A stretch of DNA of 64,000 nt from Nitrospirota bacterium (GCA_963737155.1 CAVTRN010000001.1:928001-992000), one strand, 5' to 3'. Counted from the stretch's first letter, positions 51,790-63,442 are shown. Program-made: numbers and translations. Notes: generated by a model from the sequence alone, not told the origin.

Positions 51790-52815
51790 CTAAATCATAA
51801 CCTTTCCCAAAATATTTTCATCATCAAGAACCTTGCCGGCTCCGAGAACAACGCAGGTGAGCGGGTCCTCGGCAATGATGATGGGGAGAGATGTTTCTTC
51901 CCGAAGAAACACATCCAAACCTTTGAGCATCGCTCCGCCTCCCGACAGAACAATTCCCTTATCCACGATGTCAGCCGAAATCTCTGGCGGCGTATTTTCA
52001 AGGGCCAATTTGATGCTGTCCAGTATCTGTCTGACCGGATCAGCGAGTGACTCGAGAATTTCTTCGTCATCTATTATAATCATCTTCGGGATGCCAGATA
52101 TCAAGTCACGCCCCCTTATTTGCATGGTATGCCGTTCGCTGTCCATTTTATATGCAGAGCCAATCTCAATCTTGATTGTTTCTGCCATTATTTCTCCGAT
52201 AAGCAGATTGTATTTTCGCTTGATGTAGTTTATGATGGCTTCATCCATCTTGTCGCCGCCCATGCGGATGGCTTTGCTGTAAACAATGCCGACCATAGAT
52301 ATGACAGCGATGTCAGTGGTGCCTCCACCGATATCGACGATCATATTCCCTGACGGATCCGATATGGGCATACCAGCCCCAATGGCCGCAGCCACGGATT
52401 CTTCGATAAGGTAGACATCACGTGCGCCCGAGGAAAAAGCGGCGTCCTTAACTGCACGCTGCTCTACCTGGGTAATGCCTGATGGAACCCCGATGATGAT
52501 CCGCGGCCGTATAAAGGACTTCCGATTGTGTATTCGCTGAATAAAGTATTTAAGCATTTCCCTCGTATAGTCAAAGTCTGAAATGACGCCATCCTTGATG
52601 GGCCGGATGGTGCTTACGTTGCCGGGGGTGCGGCCGAGCATTCGTTTTGCATCAGCGCCGATGGAAAGTACCTTCCCTGTTTTGGATGATATGGCAACTA
52701 CGGAGGGCTCATTTAATACAATTCCTTTGCTCTTGACATACACCAACGTGTTTGCAGTGCCGAGATCTATGGCCATGTCGTTCGAGATCCATCCCATGAC
52801 GGAGTTAATAAACAT
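51790..52815 (-). CDS. mreB: MreB-family actin ATPase, stand-alone paralogue
   Basis: DLGTANT, EPSVVA, DIGGGTT and GGGAML motifs; no mreC or mreD adjacent. Confidence 0.93.
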   Translation of the reverse strand: MFINSVMGWISNDMAIDLGTANTLVYVKSKGIVLNEPSVVAISSKTGKVLSIGADAKRMLGRTPGNVSTIRPIKDGVISDFDYTREMLKYFIQRIHNRKSFIRPRIIIGVPSGITQVEQRAVKDAAFSSGARDVYLIEESVAAAIGAGMPISDPSGNMIVDIGGGTTDIAVISMVGIVYSKAIRMGGDKMDEAIINYIKRKYNLLIGEIMAETIKIEIGSAYKMDSERHTMQIRGRDLISGIPKMIIIDDEEILESLADPVRQILDSIKLALENTPPEISADIVDKGIVLSGGGAMLKGLDVFLREETSLPIIIAEDPLTCVVLGAGKVLDDENILGKVMI

Positions 52816-53109
52816 TGTATATTAGATTCTCCTCCTGCAACAACCTTTAATACTAAGATGAGTTGTACTTTCCGTTATACTTTTAAACCCTGCCACCAAT
52901 ACACCTGCCTGCTTCACAGGATGAGCTGATATCCGGCGTTTATTTGCACCTTCCGCTGCCTGTTTATGGAGAATGCGTTCAAGTATAAGTTCAGCACGCG
53001 TGATTTGGTCCGAACCCTGCCGCTGGTCTTCATCGCCCTGATATATTCCCTGTACTTATCGTACTTATCGGTTTTTCCAGCGGAAATCTTAAGAAATAAA
53101 ACATCTTAA

Positions 53110-53209
53110 GAGCCTGTTGCTCAAACCATTTTTTGTGAAATACGACCATTGATTTTATTGAACATATTTTTTACAAAATGATCCAAAAGGCTATTTGTGC
53201 AACAGGCTC
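53110..53209. mobile_element. 100-bp MITE with TTAA target duplication
   Basis: TTAA-GAGCCTGTTGCTCAAA ... TTTGTGCAACAGGCTC-TTAA. Confidence 0.8.
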
Positions 53210-53518
53210 TTAAGCATTATATTTTTTGAGTACAATCTTTTATGGCATGAATATACTCGAAATTGCAGCTGTCTGAAATTATGGAGGAACATCGATGGGA
53301 TGCAATGCTGTCTATTACAGATCAAGGCATTAGGCGTTGCAAATTGACAAATTCAATATGCACAGGAAGGAGTGTTGACTAAAAACTTCAATCGGGATTA
53401 TTTATTTTTGTAGTCCTGGTTCACCGGGCTATTATTTTATATCACTTGATAATGGTGTGATAAAAACTTCAAACAAAATTATTCACCTTTCTAACAATGC
53501 TGGCCCTCCGAACTCCAC

Positions 53519-54735
53519 CTCCCATGAAGAAGGTTTGGTCAAGCGCCAACCTGGATTATTTTTATTTAAGTGCTAGTGCATCTCGATTTCAATCATTCAG
53601 CTTCGCCAAATAGCCCGGGTTTTATCAGAAAATCAGCCATCCTCCCATTCGAGATCACCCTATGGTGTCCCACCTTACGGATGCTGATGGCACGCCCGTT
53701 CTACAAGCAGGTTTTTTCAACCATGGTGAATCCGCGGGCTGTCCCAAACCGTTGACTTCCTGAATCCCGGTTCATCGTTGAGAGAGCTTGCCACCGTAGA
53801 CTTTATTCAATAACATTCTGTTAGTTTACATGCAGCAATTGCGCATTATAAGGTCTTCGGTCATGAAGCACGTAAAAGATATTCTCAACCAGCTTTCTTG
53901 CTAAAGCGACCACTGCGGCTTTGGAGCCTCTTCGTTTGGCTATACGCTCATACCATTTCCGTAACGGTTTGTTATCACTATTTGCGCTCCGTAATATGGC
54001 ACGAACACCCTTGACTGCTACGTGTCTCACTTCACTTCGACCTTCGCGGGTTATATGGCCATAATCAGCACGCTCTCCACGACTAAATACACTTGGCACG
54101 AGACCACAATAACTCGATAGCTGTTTTGCTCTCTTGAATCGAGTTACTGTTGAGATCGCTGCATAGGTGGTGGTTTGCTATCACAAGTTCGAGATGAAAT
54201 GTTCATTTTACAAGATGTGCAACTGCTGCAGATTACAGGAAGTTTTGTACCGCCGGTTTCGAAGAATTGATCAATTGAGATGTTTCCGAAGTGGTTCCTC
54301 CAGTATTTTCTCGATGCCTCAAATACGTTCCAAGATTTTACTCCGGGCGCCACTCTGGACATAAACATTTCGGATAATCAGCACAAGCGAGGGCATTTGT
54401 TTCAGATTGCGCACTGATTCTCAACTCATGGTGTCGTCTTTGTGGAATGAGATCCGATTCCACCCAGTAACATTGTCGTTCTCTACAACTGCTTCACGCA
54501 GGTATATCCAAGAGCTCCGAAGGATGAAAAGATCGTTTAATAGTTGCCGATCGGTTCTGTTCGAAATGGCACACTCTTTTCGCTCAATTCGATCAGTGTT
54601 CGATTTCGTCAGTTCAGCGATTATGGTCCGCTCAAAAGGAAGTGCGGCCCCTTGGCAGTACAAATAGATTCTACGAAAGCACACGACTCATTTTCAGCGT
54701 CCCATCTTTTTTAAGACGGCGACGCCTGTATATCT
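53519..54735 (-). mobile_element. Decayed IS110/IS1111-family element
   Basis: C-terminal RFKRAKQLSSYCGLVPS...GHITREG...AVVALARKL (53821-54140); degenerate N-terminal pieces; ~300-nt 3' non-coding end finishing in TTGAC...CTTCTTCATGGGAG. Confidence 0.75.
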
Positions 54736-55653
54736 TTAGGGGATGACTTTGTTCAGCGGGTACTCCACAATGCCGGAAGCACCTCTGCGCTTGAGCCGGG
54801 GGATCAGGTCTCGCGCTTCTTTTTCATCTAATATGACTTCGAGACTCACCCATGCCGGATCTGTCTGATGCGAAATCGTGGGCGCGTGCATGGACGGCAG
54901 CAGGCCGCAGATTTCCTTCAGGCCCGCCTTCGGTGCATTCATCTTGAGTCCCACCTTCTCCTCGGCGGAAAGCGCGCCCTGAAGCAGCATGGCCATATTC
55001 TCGATCTTTTTTCGCTTCCAGGGGTCACTCCATGCCTTTTTGTTTGCAATAAGACGCGTTGTGGACTCAAGCATAACTTCTACGATTCTGAGTTTGTTAG
55101 CCCTGAGCGAGCTGCCGGTCTCCGTGAGTTCGACGATCGCATCGGCAAGCCGTGGCGGCTTCACTTCTGTAGCGCCCCACGAGAACTCGATGTCCGCGGT
55201 GATACCCCGGGACTTGAGATAACGCTTGGTATATCCTACCAGTTCGGTGGCTATGCGTTTCCCTTTCAGGTCCTTGATGGATTTGATGGGTGAATCCTCG
55301 GGCACAGCCACAACCCAGCGAACGGGGGTAAGGCCGCCTTTTGCATAGCGGAGTTCGGCCACCTCGACAACGTCTGCGTTCTGCTCGAGGATCCAATCCT
55401 TGCCTGTAAGGCCGACATCGAAGATGCCGTGATCGACATAGCGCGCCATTTCTTGGGCACGGACAAGAGTGCAATCGATGTTTTGGTCGTCGATAGTAGG
55501 GTAGTAGCTCCGTGAGCTGACCTGGACGCGGTACCCCGCCTTATTGAAGAGCTTGAAAGTGGATTCCTGCAAGCTCCCTTTGGGGAGGCCGAGTTTGAGC
55601 TTCGGCTTCGCGGGCTCTTTTTGTGTAACAGGCTTTTTTGATTTAACAGGCAT
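54736..55653 (-). CDS. hisG: ATP phosphoribosyltransferase, long form
   Basis: [18 protein letters not shown] and ETGSSLRAN motifs plus the C-terminal regulatory domain. Confidence 0.95.
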   Translation of the reverse strand: MPVKSKKPVTQKEPAKPKLKLGLPKGSLQESTFKLFNKAGYRVQVSSRSYYPTIDDQNIDCTLVRAQEMARYVDHGIFDVGLTGKDWILEQNADVVEVAELRYAKGGLTPVRWVVAVPEDSPIKSIKDLKGKRIATELVGYTKRYLKSRGITADIEFSWGATEVKPPRLADAIVELTETGSSLRANKLRIVEVMLESTTRLIANKKAWSDPWKRKKIENMAMLLQGALSAEEKVGLKMNAPKAGLKEICGLLPSMHAPTISHQTDPAWVSLEVILDEKEARDLIPRLKRRGASGIVEYPLNKVIP

Positions 55654-55730
55654 CTGATCTCCCTCCTGTGTAGTGAGCCGGGAGGACATCTGTCTACTCC
55701 TATCCGGCTTCCGAGTCCTGACTCCTGATT

Positions 55731-57026
55731 TTACTTCTTTGTCATTCTTACTCTAATGGTGTTTCCGTGCGCTTCGAGGCCTTCGATGTCCGCGATCTGC
55801 AGGACCGCTTCTCCAACTTTGTCAAGCCCTTCCTTTGTATAAAAAATCAGGCTGGATTTCTTCATAAAGCTTTCTGTGGAAAGCGGCGAAAAAAACCGCG
55901 CCGTTCCGCCCGTTGGCAGCACGTGGTTCGGTCCAGCGATATAGTCACCTACGGATTCCGGCGTATAGTGACCGAGAAAAATGGCGCCCGCATTCTTGAT
56001 AAGCGCAAGAAGTTCAAAGGGTTTCTCAAGGGCAAGCTCGAGATGCTCGGGTGCGATAGAGTTCGAGGCCGCTGCCGCATCCGGAAGGGTTGATGTCAGG
56101 ATAATGGCGCCGAAGCGGTCAATGGCCCTGCGAGCGATCTCTTTCCGCGTGAGGTTCGCGAGCTGCCGCTCAACTTCGGCGTCGACGCGTTCTGCGAGTG
56201 CCTGCGACGTCGTGATGAGGATGGAGGAGGCCAGCTCATCATGCTCTGCCTGCGAGAGAAGGTCGGCTGCCACGAACGTTGGATTCGCAGAATCATCTGC
56301 GATGATCAGGATCTCGCTTGGCCCGGCGATCATATCGATGTCGACTTGGCCGAACACGGAGCGCTTGGCGACGGCGACGTAGATGTTGCCAGGACCAACG
56401 ATCTTGTCAACCTTGGGGATCGTCGCGGTGCCGTAAGCCATGGCAGCCACTGCCTGTGCCCCGCCGACCCTATATATTTCATTGACACCAGCGATGTCCG
56501 CGGCAACGAGAATGTAGGGATTCAGTATTCCGCCGGGCGCTGGCGAGCACATCACGAGCTGTTCCACACCGGCGACTCTGGCGGGAATTGCATTCATGAG
56601 TACCGACGATGGATAACATGCCTTGCCGCCGGGGACGTATATGCCCGCGCTCCTTATCGGCCGCGCGAGCTGGCCGAGAATCACGCCATCTGCTTCTTGG
56701 CTGACCCAGGAACTGATTTTTTGCTTTTCGTGGAAGAGCTGGATATTCCGGGCGGCGAGCTTGAGGGCATCCACTTTCCTCGGTTCGATGCGGCTGTATG
56801 CATCCTTGGTCTCCTCGGCGGAGACCCTCATTTCCTTGAGCGTTAGTTGTACCTTGTCAAATTTTCTCGTATACTCAAGTATTGCCGGGTCTCCTTCCTT
56901 ACGGACGCGGTCCACGATCTCCTTCACAGCCGCCGCCACTTCCTCTGTTGCTGTCTCGCCGCGATTGATGATTCGTTTGAGTTCAGATACGACATCTTTC
57001 TGCCGTGAATCGATGATTTTCATCAA
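55731..57026 (-). CDS. hisD: Histidinol dehydrogenase
   Basis: YVPGG, GPGN, AGPSE, SQAEH, PEHL and NHVLPT motifs. Confidence 0.97.
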   Translation of the reverse strand: MMKIIDSRQKDVVSELKRIINRGETATEEVAAAVKEIVDRVRKEGDPAILEYTRKFDKVQLTLKEMRVSAEETKDAYSRIEPRKVDALKLAARNIQLFHEKQKISSWVSQEADGVILGQLARPIRSAGIYVPGGKACYPSSVLMNAIPARVAGVEQLVMCSPAPGGILNPYILVAADIAGVNEIYRVGGAQAVAAMAYGTATIPKVDKIVGPGNIYVAVAKRSVFGQVDIDMIAGPSEILIIADDSANPTFVAADLLSQAEHDELASSILITTSQALAERVDAEVERQLANLTRKEIARRAIDRFGAIILTSTLPDAAAASNSIAPEHLELALEKPFELLALIKNAGAIFLGHYTPESVGDYIAGPNHVLPTGGTARFFSPLSTESFMKKSSLIFYTKEGLDKVGEAVLQIADIEGLEAHGNTIRVRMTKK

Positions 57027-57115
57027 TTACCTCATTTTTATCGACCGCGGAATGAGCACAGTGAAATACGGATTTTTCCATTTATTTCTGTTTTTACTGG
57101 CAGCTATAAAACAAC

Positions 57116-58363
57116 TTACACTCGCTTGATGTCTGCTCCCAGCGCCGAAAGCTTCTGCTCGATGTTTTCATATCCCCGATCAAGGTGGTAGATGCGCGAT
57201 ATCACGGTCTGGCCTTCCGCCGCCAGGCCTGCGAGGATAAGCGATGCACTCGCGCGCAAGTCCGTGGCCATGACAGGCGCCGCGGAAAGCCTGACTATTC
57301 CCTTGACGATGGCTGTCCTGCCGTCTGTTTCGATGTTCGCGCCCATGCGCCTGAGCTCGGCAATGTGGGTGAAGCGGTTTTCGAAAATGGTTTCATTGAT
57401 GACGCTGGTACCGTTGGCTAGGGTCATGAGGCTCATGATCTGTGCCTGCATATCCGTGGGAAAACCGGGATATTCTAGAGTCTTGATATTTACAGGGCTG
57501 ATTATTTCTGACCCGGTCACCTGTATTGTTCCCTCGCCGGTCCTGATCTTGGCTCCGGTTTCTCCGACTTTCGAGAGCACCGCATCGAGGTGGGCCGAAA
57601 AGCAATTCTTGATGGTGATGGAGCCTCCGGTAATTGCCGCGGCGATCACAAAGGTCCCGGTCTCTATGCGATCAGGCATGACGGTGTAATCCATCGGTTT
57701 CAGGCTTTCGACGCCCTTGATCCTAATGACGTCGGTGCCCGCGCCCTCTATTTTTGCGCCCATCTTGGTTAGGGCGTTAGCCAAGTCGGTGATCTCGGGC
57801 TCCCGCGCGGCATTTTCGAGAACACTTTCACCGTGGGCGAGCGCGGCTGCCATCATGATGTTCTCAGTTCCTGTGACGGTTACTGTATCGAAATAGACAT
57901 GGGCACCGCGGAGCCGCTTTGCGCTCGCGACGACATAACCGTGTTCGATTGAGACCGTTGCCCCGAGCTTTTCAAGACCCATGAGGTGCAGATTGATGGG
58001 CCGTGCGCCGATGGCGCATCCACCAGGCAGCGATACGCGAGCCTTTCCGAAACGTGCGACTAGAGGGCCCAGCACGAGCACCGATGCTCGCATAGTGCGC
58101 ACCAGATCGTACGGCGCCTCTGGGTTCGAGATGGAGGTGGAATCGACATATATGTCGTGATCCCTGCGCTCGAAGGATACCCCCATGTTCTGCAGAATCC
58201 TTCCGAAGGTCGTCACATCGGCAAGACGCGGGACGTTTGAGATGGTATGACGACCCTCGCACAGAAGGCACGCCGCGAGAATCGGCAGCGCAGCATTTTT
58301 TGCCCCGCTGATCACGACTTCGCCGCTCAGTTTTTTCCCCCCATTAATTACGATGGTTTTCAT
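57116..58363 (-). CDS. murA: UDP-N-acetylglucosamine 1-carboxyvinyltransferase
   Basis: [16 protein letters not shown] (active Cys), FPTDMQ and DLRA motifs. Confidence 0.97.
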   Translation of the reverse strand: MKTIVINGGKKLSGEVVISGAKNAALPILAACLLCEGRHTISNVPRLADVTTFGRILQNMGVSFERRDHDIYVDSTSISNPEAPYDLVRTMRASVLVLGPLVARFGKARVSLPGGCAIGARPINLHLMGLEKLGATVSIEHGYVVASAKRLRGAHVYFDTVTVTGTENIMMAAALAHGESVLENAAREPEITDLANALTKMGAKIEGAGTDVIRIKGVESLKPMDYTVMPDRIETGTFVIAAAITGGSITIKNCFSAHLDAVLSKVGETGAKIRTGEGTIQVTGSEIISPVNIKTLEYPGFPTDMQAQIMSLMTLANGTSVINETIFENRFTHIAELRRMGANIETDGRTAIVKGIVRLSAAPVMATDLRASASLILAGLAAEGQTVISRIYHLDRGYENIEQKLSALGADIKRV

Positions 58364-58444
58364 AATAGAGACGCAATCCGGACGACAGGAGCCAGAGGGC
58401 TGATTGGAGCAGCATTGCAACCTGATGACTGACTATCGGTGATC

Positions 58445-59308
58445 TCATTTTTTCCTTGCTTCTACTACTCTTTCTATCCCTGCCAGGTCCCTCAGTATTT
58501 CAAAAGACCGGTATCGTCCATCTTCTTTAAGCTCGTTCGCTAGCGTTCCCGCCTGTCCGATTCCCATCTCCATGATGAGCAAGCCATTGCTCTTCAGATA
58601 ACGGATTGCCGCTTTTATGATCCGCTGATGGACTTCCGTGCCTTCCGGTCCTGCGAAGAGAGCCAGGGCTGGCTCATAATCCCGGACCTCCGGCTGGAGC
58701 GTGGGGTAGTCGCCTGATCGTACATAAGGCGGATTTGAAACAATGATATCAACACGACAGTCAATGTCGAGCGATTCCAGCGGCGCGGCCAGATCGCCTT
58801 CAAAAAAGAAGATACGGTCCAGAACATTGTGGCTGCGGGCATTCTCCCGTGCGACTGCAAGCGCTCCGGGGGATTTATCGGTTCCGATGACCCGGGCCGC
58901 TGGCAGTTCGCTCGCCAGAACTACGGCAAGACAGCCTGAGCCGGTGCAGAGGTCGACAAGGGTGCAGGCTTTGCTTCTGTCCCGGATGCTGTTCAAAACG
59001 GTCTCAATGATAAGCTCAGTCTCCGGTCGCGGGATGAGCACCTCGGGAGAAACAGCAAACTCAAGCCCCCAGAATTCCTGCTTCCCAGTTATGTATTGCA
59101 ACGGTTCACGCTTTGTTCTGCGTTCGACTGCCTGACCGAAAATTCCGCCAAGTTCATCGTCAAGCCTATCATGAAAATGAGCCAGAAGCCAAGCCCGGTC
59201 CCTCTTCAGTGCATAGCGGAGCAGCACCTCAGCATCAAGTCGCGGTGTCCCGATGCCCGCTGCTGTGAACCTGGTTGCTGCATCGTTTATTGCTTCAGCT
59301 AGAGTCAT
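58445..59308 (-). CDS. prmC: Release factor glutamine methyltransferase
   Basis: EPLQYI, LIPRPETE, DLCTGSG and NPPY motifs. Confidence 0.96.
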   Translation of the reverse strand: MTLAEAINDAATRFTAAGIGTPRLDAEVLLRYALKRDRAWLLAHFHDRLDDELGGIFGQAVERRTKREPLQYITGKQEFWGLEFAVSPEVLIPRPETELIIETVLNSIRDRSKACTLVDLCTGSGCLAVVLASELPAARVIGTDKSPGALAVARENARSHNVLDRIFFFEGDLAAPLESLDIDCRVDIIVSNPPYVRSGDYPTLQPEVRDYEPALALFAGPEGTEVHQRIIKAAIRYLKSNGLLIMEMGIGQAGTLANELKEDGRYRSFEILRDLAGIERVVEARKK

Positions 59309-59568
59309 CAAGCACACTACTGATGGTTTTACAAAAAGCCGGGGACTTCGTTCTTGATGTCTTCGCGGTTTGTATGGAATCATTTCTTGTCAGCTTTTTT
59401 TGGCAAGATGATTCCCGGCACACGGACAAGACGACTTTTTACCATTATATCAACAGAGGGACGTGGATTTTCTCAGACTAACGCAGATATCGTGTCAGGG
59501 GAGGTTTTCGAATTTTCCCATGCTTCTGTCCGAATTTTCCGCAAATGTCCGCTTCTCATGATAACAGT

Positions 59569-60636
59569 TTACAAGTTTTTCAGCCGGTCGGCATTGTCCG
59601 CCGCAGTGAGGCCATCAATAAATTCGTCGATGTCGCCGTCCATGACCGAGTCGATCTTGTAGAGTGAAACCCCGACCCGGTGGTCCGTTACTCTGCTCTG
59701 AGGAAAATTGTACGTTCTGATTTTTTCACTGCGGTCGCCAGTGCCGACTTGCGACTTGCGCGCTGCAGCCTCCTCGGCATCCTTCTTTTCCCGTTCTTTT
59801 TCCAACAGGCGGGATTTGAGTATCTTCATGGCCTTCTCACGGTTCTTGAGCTGCGATCGCTCATCCTGGCAGGCCACTACTTCACCGGTGGGGATATGAG
59901 TGATGCGGACTGCCGAGTAGGTAGTGTTCACGCTCTGGCCGCCGGGACCGGAAGAGCAGTAAGTATCTATGCGCAGGTCCTTCTGTTCTATCTGGACGTC
60001 CACATCTTCGGCTTCGGGGATCACTGCTACGGTGACCGTCGATGTATGGATCCGGCCGCTCGCTTCCGTGGCAGGGACTCGCTGGACGCGGTGCACTCCG
60101 CTTTCATACTTCAGCCTGCTGAAAACGCCCTTGCCCTGGATCTGGGCTATCACTTCCTTTGCCCCGCCGACGCCTGTGGTGCTCATGTCGAGCAGCGTGA
60201 CCTTCCATCGTTTCTTTTCAGCATAGCGGGAGTACATGCGGAATAGCTCGGCAGCAAACAGTCCCGCCTCATCGCCGCCAGCTCCGGCGCGGATTTCAAG
60301 AAAGATGTTTTTTTCATCCCGCGGGTCCCGGGGAACGAGCATGATCCTGATTTCCTGGTCCATCTCTTCGGTCCGCGGCCGAAGGTCCTTCAGCTCAGCT
60401 TCCGCCATCGTTCGCAGCTCCGGATCAGCCTGTTTGTCCTGGGTGATTTCCTCCGCCTCCCTGATCTGTTTTTGCAGGTTCTGATAGGCGCGGTACTTGT
60501 TCACCACGTCCTCGATCTCGGACCGCTCCTTTGAATACTTTTGGTACTGCTGGTGATCGGCCGCGACAACAGGATCGGATAGGAGCCTCGTTAGTTCGTC
60601 ATATTTTTCCGCGACTGCGTCCAATTTTTTCAGCAT
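59569..60636 (-). CDS. prfA: Peptide chain release factor 1
   Basis: PAT recognition motif, GGQ and RTYNFPQ. Confidence 0.98.
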   Translation of the reverse strand: MLKKLDAVAEKYDELTRLLSDPVVAADHQQYQKYSKERSEIEDVVNKYRAYQNLQKQIREAEEITQDKQADPELRTMAEAELKDLRPRTEEMDQEIRIMLVPRDPRDEKNIFLEIRAGAGGDEAGLFAAELFRMYSRYAEKKRWKVTLLDMSTTGVGGAKEVIAQIQGKGVFSRLKYESGVHRVQRVPATEASGRIHTSTVTVAVIPEAEDVDVQIEQKDLRIDTYCSSGPGGQSVNTTYSAVRITHIPTGEVVACQDERSQLKNREKAMKILKSRLLEKEREKKDAEEAAARKSQVGTGDRSEKIRTYNFPQSRVTDHRVGVSLYKIDSVMDGDIDEFIDGLTAADNADRLKNL

Positions 60637-60675
60637 AAGTCAGATCATTCTGCCGTGAAGGCATGTTTTTTTAGC

Positions 60676-60702
60676 AATAAAAAACCCCGCTTTAGCGGGG
60701 TT
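60676..60702 (-). terminator. Intrinsic terminator overlapping the DUF1385 stop codon
   Basis: Minus strand AACCCCGC-TAAA-GCGGGGTT-TTTTATT. Confidence 0.7.
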
Positions 60703-61597
60703 CCATCGCAAGAGCTTCCTTGAGGGACCTGATGGCCACCTCAATTTGATCGTCAGATGGATCCCTCGTAGTAAGTCGCTGGAGCCAGAGACCAGGTTGC
60801 ATAAGGCCACTGATGAGAGGATTATCGCATTTGTTCGCGCTGTACTTGATAAACTCATATCCCAGCCCGGCGATCACAGGAAGCAGCACGATACGGGAAA
60901 GCCCCTTTGCCCAGAGGGGCCAGGTACCCGGGATAAGTGAAAAAACGAGAATGGATAGCGCAATGACTGCAATGAGAAAGCTTGTTCCGCAGCGGGGATG
61001 GATACGGGAGTAGCGTCTCGCATTCTCAACCGTGAGCTCCACGCCGGCTTCATGGGCGGCTATGGATTTGTGTTCCGCGCCGTGGTACTCGAAGACTCTC
61101 CGGATGTCCTTCATGAGAGAGATGCCCGACACATACCCGAGAAACAGCGCCATGCGGAGCATGCCGTCCGTAAGATTGAATAGAACGCTACTTCGGGTGA
61201 CGGCATCATATTTCATGCCGAGGAGATTAGTGATGAGGAGGGGCAGAGCCAGGAACAGACCGAGGGAAAACGCGACGGCCACGATCAAGGTTCCCGCCAT
61301 GGCGATGGTGCTGATCTCCTCTTTCTTCCCGTCCTCGTTTTCGAGCACCTCGCTTGCGGAGAAGTTGAGGGCCCTGATGCCGAGCCACAGCGCTTCGAAG
61401 AGGGCGACCGATCCCCGGATGATCCTTTTTTTGAACAGAGGGTAGCGCTCCCCGAGGGGAAGAATTGTCTCTTTCAGGATGGCGATTTCGGAACCGGCCT
61501 TTCCCCCTTTGCGCACTGCCACGGTAAAGGCATGGGGTGAGCGCATCATGACACCCTCAAGCACAGCCTGACCGCCTATATTCATGCTTTCTGGCAA
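60692..61597 (-). CDS. DUF1385 (YqhQ) membrane protein
   Basis: IGGQAVLEGVMMR, YHGAEHK and HPRCGTSF motifs. Confidence 0.93.
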   Translation of the reverse strand: MPESMNIGGQAVLEGVMMRSPHAFTVAVRKGGKAGSEIAILKETILPLGERYPLFKKRIIRGSVALFEALWLGIRALNFSASEVLENEDGKKEEISTIAMAGTLIVAVAFSLGLFLALPLLITNLLGMKYDAVTRSSVLFNLTDGMLRMALFLGYVSGISLMKDIRRVFEYHGAEHKSIAAHEAGVELTVENARRYSRIHPRCGTSFLIAVIALSILVFSLIPGTWPLWAKGLSRIVLLPVIAGLGYEFIKYSANKCDNPLISGLMQPGLWLQRLTTRDPSDDQIEVAIRSLKEALAMEPR

Positions 61598-61653
61598 ATC
61601 GGAGCCCTCGCGATCAGCAGAACAACTGGACCTTGCTGCCTGATCCTACCTTG

Positions 61654-61854
61654 TTACGCCTTTTTGTATTTTTTCCGGAACTTGTCTACGCGGCCTTCGG
61701 TATCGATGAGCTTCTGCTTGCCGGTGAAGAAGGGATGGCAATTAGAGCAGATATCGAGCTTCACGTTTTCCTTGGTGGATCGGATCTGGAACGCTTCACC
61801 GCAGGCGCAGTGAATAGTCGTTACCTTGTATTCGGGATGAATGGCCTCTTTCAT
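61654..61854 (-). CDS. rpmE: 50S ribosomal protein L31 (Zn-binding type)
   Basis: IHPEY, CACG and [10 protein letters not shown] motifs; SD AAGGAG. Confidence 0.97.
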   Translation of the reverse strand: MKEAIHPEYKVTTIHCACGEAFQIRSTKENVKLDICSNCHPFFTGKQKLIDTEGRVDKFRKKYKKA

Positions 61855-61882
61855 TGTTCTGATCTCCTTCTGATGGAAAAGC

Positions 61883-61954
61883 CAAGCCACAGCGGCTGGC
61901 TGTGGCTTGTGCGATTAAAGTTAACATAATATACCAAACTGCGCAAATATTCAA
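61883..61954 (-). promoter_or_regulatory. rpmE promoter and leader hairpin
   Basis: TTGAAT-N17-TATTAT (61954-61926); 11-bp stem CAAGCCACAGC/GCTGTGGCTTG (61883-61909). Confidence 0.65.
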
Positions 61955-62194
61955 GCGAAAAATTACTTGTGTACCAAATAGAAATGTTCTGTTTTTTAAC
62001 ATTAAAAGCGCCTCAAGGCGCGATCAAACTTAACTTTTTGAAGATCCCATGGCAATCAAGTTCTCTTACACTGCATTTATGTCGTTTATGATACGTAGAA
62101 CAATTGCGAGTACATATGCAGGCTCCTATGACAATTGAACAAGGTATTAGTATCTTGATATAGGACATTTCTATTTTGGTATTACAGCGAAAAA

Positions 62195-63442
62195 TTATTT
62201 GTTCATCGCATCCAGGAAGTCCCTATTCGTTTTCGCCTGTTTGAGCTTTTCAAGCAGGAATTCCATACTTTCAACGGTGGATAGGGGGTTCAGAACCTTG
62301 CGGAGGATCCACATGCGGTTCAGATCGTCCTTGTCCACGAGCAGTTCTTCCTTGCGCGTACCCGATGCGTTGATGTCAATGGCCGGGAACACTCGCTTGT
62401 CCACCAGTTTCCGGTCGAGGTGGAGCTCCATGTTTCCCGTTCCCTTGAATTCTTCGAAGATCACATCATCCATGCGGCTGCCGGTATCCACGAGCGCGGT
62501 AGCGAGAATTGTCAGACTACCGCCGTCTTCAATGCTGCGGGCGGCGCCGAAGAACCGTTTTGGACGCTGTAGCGCATTAGCGTCCAAGCCTCCGGAGAGG
62601 ACCTTGCCGGAAGCGGGGATGATTGCGTTGTGCGCCCGCGCTAGGCGTGTGATGCTGTCCAGAAGGATAACGACGTCTTTTTTATGCTCTACTAGGCGTT
62701 TTGCCCGCTCGCTCACCATGTCGGCCACCTGGACATGCCTTTGCGGCGGTTCGTCGAAGGTGGAGCTGATGATCTCGGCCTTGACCTGACGCTGCCAGTC
62801 CGTGACTTCCTCGGGCCGTTCGTCGATCAGAAGCACAATGAGCTTTAGGTCAGGATGATTCTTCAAGATGGCCTTGGCAATGGCTTGGAGCAGCATGGTT
62901 TTGCCGGTCCGAGGCGGCGCCACAATCATGCCACGCTGTCCCATGCCGATAGGGGTAACGAGGTCCATTGCGCGGGTTGTATAATCGGTTGGCGAATGTT
63001 CAAGCTTGATCTTCTTAATCGGGTAGTAGGGGGTGAGGTTGTCGAAGAGTATCTTGGACCGCGATATTTCGGGGTCCTCATAATTGATAGCATCGACTTT
63101 GAGCAAGGCGAAATAGCGTTCGCCCTCCTTCGGGGGCCGAATCTGGCCGGAAACCGTGTCTCCGGTACGGATGTTGAACCGCCGGATCTGTGAGGGAGAG
63201 ACATAGATGTCGTCCGGGCCTGGGAGGTAATTGTAGTCCGGAGCCCTGAGAAAACCGAAGCCGTCGGGAAGAATTTCGAGCACGCCCTCGCCAAAGATCA
63301 TGCCGTTCTTTTCGGTCTGTGCTTGGAGAATGGCGAAGATCAGCTCCTGCTTGCGCAGGCCACTGACACCTTCGACCTTCAATTCGTCCGCCATGGCGGT
63401 GAGTTCGGCGATATTCTTTCCTTTAAGTTCTACCAGGTTCAT
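62195..63442 (-). CDS. rho: Transcription termination factor Rho
   Basis: [27 protein letters not shown] and EEFKGTGN motifs. Confidence 0.98.
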   Translation of the reverse strand: MNLVELKGKNIAELTAMADELKVEGVSGLRKQELIFAILQAQTEKNGMIFGEGVLEILPDGFGFLRAPDYNYLPGPDDIYVSPSQIRRFNIRTGDTVSGQIRPPKEGERYFALLKVDAINYEDPEISRSKILFDNLTPYYPIKKIKLEHSPTDYTTRAMDLVTPIGMGQRGMIVAPPRTGKTMLLQAIAKAILKNHPDLKLIVLLIDERPEEVTDWQRQVKAEIISSTFDEPPQRHVQVADMVSERAKRLVEHKKDVVILLDSITRLARAHNAIIPASGKVLSGGLDANALQRPKRFFGAARSIEDGGSLTILATALVDTGSRMDDVIFEEFKGTGNMELHLDRKLVDKRVFPAIDINASGTRKEELLVDKDDLNRMWILRKVLNPLSTVESMEFLLEKLKQAKTNRDFLDAMNK

